A stretch of 33,253 nt of DNA, taken from assembly GCA_030141605.1 (NCBI GenBank), contig JAQGDQ010002445.1:1-33253 (forward strand), given 5' to 3'. The translations under genes and the position numbers were made by a program. The notes under the pieces are model-generated. The model ran no database searches and had not been told where the DNA came from. It saw only the letters and a list, made by a program, of their open reading frames with translations. Of the stretch, positions 30,135-33,253 are shown piece after piece. Source of the DNA: Tubiluchus corallicola (lineage: Eukaryota > Animalia > Priapulida). The first letter of the stretch is position 1. The number at the start of each line of letters is the position of its first letter.

Positions 30135-30157
30135 CGCACACTAAAAAACTATCAAAC

Positions 30158-30538
30158 CTACAATAAAAATGAAGAGGTAAACTTAGAACTGCTTTGCAGG
30201 GCTAATGGCGGACTCTCTTTGATATTATAAGTTACTGTAAGTTTATTATGATTTACAATGAAATGTATTAGTTTTTGATAGGGTAGGGCATTGTCTGGAG
30301 TATTGAGAGCAAAATTAGATAATAGATATTCATCTTCTAATGATAAAATTTCTGTTTTGTCATGGCAACACTCTTCTGCGCATCTGTTGGCATTATACTC
30401 ATCATTGCAGCAACACGAGTTACTTACGTATATTATGTTGAGTAAATATTTGTTACCACAATAGTGTTTGTTTAGCATCAAATTGCATGATAGCAGCAAT
30501 AGATAGATAGAAATAATATGTGTGAATCCTTTTTTCAT
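30158..30538 (-). CDS. HYC_CC_PP family Cys-rich protein
   Basis: Signal-like N-terminus, KHYCG, SCCC, ECCHD and C-terminal ESPPL; directly upstream of the metal efflux genes. Confidence 0.85.
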   Translation of the reverse strand: MKKGFTHIISIYLLLLSCNLMLNKHYCGNKYLLNIIYVSNSCCCNDEYNANRCAEECCHDKTEILSLEDEYLLSNFALNTPDNALPYQKLIHFIVNHNKLTVTYNIKESPPLALQSSSKFTSSFLL

Positions 30539-30627
30539 AGAATTTACACATTATAATATTTTTTATTTTTAAAAGCAAATATTTTTTAATTTAATTTTCA
30601 TTTTTAAAATTTCACAAAATATGGTAT

Positions 30628-30635
30628 TATTTTTG
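30628..30635 (+). promoter_or_regulatory. Putative -7 element (TATTTTTG)
   Basis: TAnnTTTG match 16 nt before the ATG at 30652. Confidence 0.45.
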
Positions 30636-30651
30636 TATCAGATACATTGTT

Positions 30652-31843
30652 ATGCTTTATAGAAGTATGTATATACTGCTGTTTGCTTGTTTTTCTTTGG
30701 TGGCTTTTAGCCAAAGTAAAGATAGCGTAATTCGAGACACTTCGTTACTTAATAAAGATATTAGTGAGTTTGACGATGTGTTGCCCAATATTACTATTAA
30801 GGTATTGGATTCATTAAATATAGAGCAAAAAGATATACTTCAGACTTGGTTGGAAGCCAACCCTACTTATTATTTAGAGCCGTTGGAAATTTCTGTTGAA
30901 GAAGACTTGTCTGTGCTTAACACCTATTTTTCTGAAAGCAGTTTGGATGAATTTTATGATATTGTTAATGAATCTTTTCCAGGTAAAATTACTAAACAAG
31001 AAGCAGGTTATTTGCTAAAAATTATTAAAATAGAGCAACAGTTTACAACATATCAAGACGTAGAGAGCTTACAAAAAATTCTATTTAAATTACACCCAAA
31101 TTTGGAGGCTACCTTAAACAAAAACGGAGGAATAGATAGCAAATATGGGTATGCTACGCGAGAGTCTGTAAAAAGAATAACAATAACAATAGAGGGAATA
31201 ATGCAGGAAAAGATAGATGATGAGTATGTTAAATTGTATCTGGACAGATATGAAGCTTTTCATACTGTCTTTATACTGATAGATGTAAGTGGGAGCAATA
31301 ATAAGAATAAGAAGTTTCCTTTTCAGCTTACCAAATATATGAAAAGATATTTAGAGCGAAACTATAGTGTATATATCCGTGAATATGGAGAGGATGGAAT
31401 GGAAAGAGGAATACTTACAAGTGCGTTGATTTTAAAACAGTTAAGTGAAGGAAAAATTCTATTAGAACCTGATACCCGCTTATTGATAGAACTACATACA
31501 GATGAGCCAGATGCATCAGGCATGGTAGGTAGAAAATTTAGCATGGTTAATATGGTAAAAATTCTTCAAGCATTAAAGAAGTATAGCCTTTATCTTTCAG
31601 AAAAAGGTAATGAAGTAACTATGGGTTTTGTGTTTTATCAATTAGAAGGAAAGCCAGACACAGGAATAATAAAGTTGGTTGAATTTTCATTATCTGATAT
31701 AGAAAGAATGCCCCAAGATTTAAGGAGTAAAAATCCTAATAAGCCTATCAATATGATTCTTAGAAAAAAACTCAACTGTGCAAAAACGTTGGTGGTTTTC
31801 ACTTCCTATGGAGTCTCAGTTTGTGTTGGATTTGATGTATTGA
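30652..31843 (+). CDS. Secreted hypothetical protein with a peptidoglycan-binding-like motif and a degenerate vWA domain; probable frameshift near 31770 (ORF as given runs to 32088)
   Basis: Signal peptide; DVESLQKIL...GGIDSKYGYATRESV; VFILIDVSGS...LHTDE. An alternative frame after the A7 run ends with TGA TAA at 31843, just before the rmuC stop. Confidence 0.6.
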
Positions 31844-31850
31844 TAAGGCA

Positions 31851-33050
31851 CTATGAAGTTGCTGTTTTGTCAATGAGCTTGGCGTCAAGTTCTTTATTTG
31901 ACTTAACCCCAAGTTTTTTTAATTTTTCGGCTCTTTTAATTAAGTTTCCTCTTCCTTCTGTAAGCTTGTTCATTGCACTGTCATATTCCGTTGTAGTGCT
32001 TTGTAGCTTTTCGCCTATCTTTTTCAAATTTTCTATAAAAGCTACAAACTTATCATATAAAGCTCCGCCTTGTTTGGCTATTTCTTGAGCATTTTGACTT
32101 TGTTGTTCTTGTTTCCAAATGTGAGCTATTGTTCGTAGTATTCCTATTAGCGTAGAGGGAGTAACAATAATAATGTTCTTTTCAAATGCCTTATTATATA
32201 TGTTAAGGTCATGTTGGACAGCTAAAATGAATGCGGATTCTATGGGGATAAATAGCAAAACAAAATCAGGTGAGTTATCAACAAGATTTTGGTAGTTTTT
32301 TTTACTCAAGTCATTAATATGGTTATTTATGGAGTTTAAGTGCTGAGTTATGTATGTTGCTTTATCGACATCATTAGAAGCACTTATGTACCCTTCATAA
32401 TGGGTTAAAGAGACTTTGGAGTCAATGACAATATTTTTGTTATCTGGTAGCTTGATAGTGACATCTGGGCGCAAATTTTTCCCATATTCATCTTTAAATG
32501 ACGGCTGTATTTCATAATGAATATATTTTTGTAATCCCGTAAATTCTAATATTTTTTCTAATTGCAACTCACCCCAATCGCCTTGTACTTTGCTATCGCC
32601 TTTCAATGCTTTAGTAAGGTTTTCTGCTTCTTGAGTCATTTGTTGATTAAGCGATAGTAGGTTCTTAATTTGTTCTTTTAATTCTCCATGCTTTTCTCTT
32701 CCCTCTTTGTTGGTGACCTCTATTTTTTGCTCAAAATTCTGTATTTGTTCTTTTAGGGGAGTGAGCAGTACTGATAAGTTGGTTTGATTTTGCTCTGTAA
32801 ACTTTTTGCTTTTTTCCTCTAATATTTCGTTAGCCAAATTTTTAAAATATATACTCAGAGTTTTTTTGTCCTCGTCTTGTTTCTTTTGCAGATATTCACA
32901 CTCTTTTTCTTTTCCAATAAATTGCTTAGAAATATCGTTGTATTTTCCTTTTACTGCTTCTATTTCTTTTGTCTTATCTTTAAGTAAGACGTAGTAGAAG
33001 AATATAGCAGTAATGACTGCTCCAACAATAAATCCTATAATTAACATCAT
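31851..33050 (-). CDS. rmuC: DNA recombination protein RmuC
   Basis: TM plus coiled coil, LTKALKG..K.QGDWGE..LE, LRPDV...LP...VIDSKVSL, PDFVLLFIPIE and GRGNL. Confidence 0.96.
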   Translation of the reverse strand: MMLIIGFIVGAVITAIFFYYVLLKDKTKEIEAVKGKYNDISKQFIGKEKECEYLQKKQDEDKKTLSIYFKNLANEILEEKSKKFTEQNQTNLSVLLTPLKEQIQNFEQKIEVTNKEGREKHGELKEQIKNLLSLNQQMTQEAENLTKALKGDSKVQGDWGELQLEKILEFTGLQKYIHYEIQPSFKDEYGKNLRPDVTIKLPDNKNIVIDSKVSLTHYEGYISASNDVDKATYITQHLNSINNHINDLSKKNYQNLVDNSPDFVLLFIPIESAFILAVQHDLNIYNKAFEKNIIIVTPSTLIGILRTIAHIWKQEQQSQNAQEIAKQGGALYDKFVAFIENLKKIGEKLQSTTTEYDSAMNKLTEGRGNLIKRAEKLKKLGVKSNKELDAKLIDKTATS

Positions 33051-33065
33051 TGTAAGAAATAACGC

Positions 33066-33253
33066 TTAGTCTCTTTTGCAATATGCAACGATAGAAGATT
33101 TTTCTATGGTTGCTGCATTTAGTTGAAATCCTACTAATGCAGGGTTTGAGTTTTTATCCAAACCTAACGTGTCTACGTTTAATGCATGTATGGTGATGAT
33201 ATATTGATGAAAACCGTGTCCTTGTGGGGGGCATGGTCCTCCATATCCTTGTT
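33066..33253 (-). CDS. YbhB/YbcL (PEBP/RKIP-like) protein, 3' fragment
   Basis: Manual translation: QGYGGPCPPQGHGFHQYIITIHALNVDTLGLDKNSNPALVGFQLNAATIEKSSIVAYCKRD*. Confidence 0.9.
   Translation of the reverse strand, partial: QGYGGPCPPQGHGFHQYIITIHALNVDTLGLDKNSNPALVGFQLNAATIEKSSIVAYCKRD

Noticed and set aside
2456-32994. Many 60-150 aa ORFs antisense to confident genes (e.g. 7415-7837, 16334-16711, 21428-21826, 27329-27769)
   Set aside because: They lie within well-supported genes on the opposite strand and have no recognisable motifs.

Overview
AT-rich chromosomal segment of a Bacteroidota bacterium, most likely Cytophagales-like (T9SS cargo, gldH, TAnnTTTG promoters). Most of it is housekeeping: a BatA/vWA protein, a T9SS-CTD protein, a PASTA protein, ispG, gldH, an AsmA-like protein, purA, a STAS protein, yidD, an Hc1-like protein, a SulA/CapB-like alpha-oxoamine synthase, an M1 peptidase, yebC-pyrH-frr, an antiporter, a HYC_CC_PP + CusA/TolC/CusB metal-efflux operon, rmuC and a YbhB/YbcL fragment. 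The standout is a two-gene + strand cassette at 1.1-4.35 kb. It encodes a Roco (Roc GTPase-COR) protein with no LRRs. In their place is a 330-bp, ~79% GC mosaic of GCC/TAC/GAC/AGA codons in which codon position 3 is almost frozen at C while positions 1-2 vary, a candidate hypervariable sensor region. Several genes (STAS, SulA/CapB-like, the 30.65-kb PG-binding/vWA gene) carry frameshifts that may be consensus errors or recent pseudogenisation. I saw no rRNA, tRNA, CRISPR array, transposase or reverse transcriptase. Family calls come from motif recognition, not database searches.
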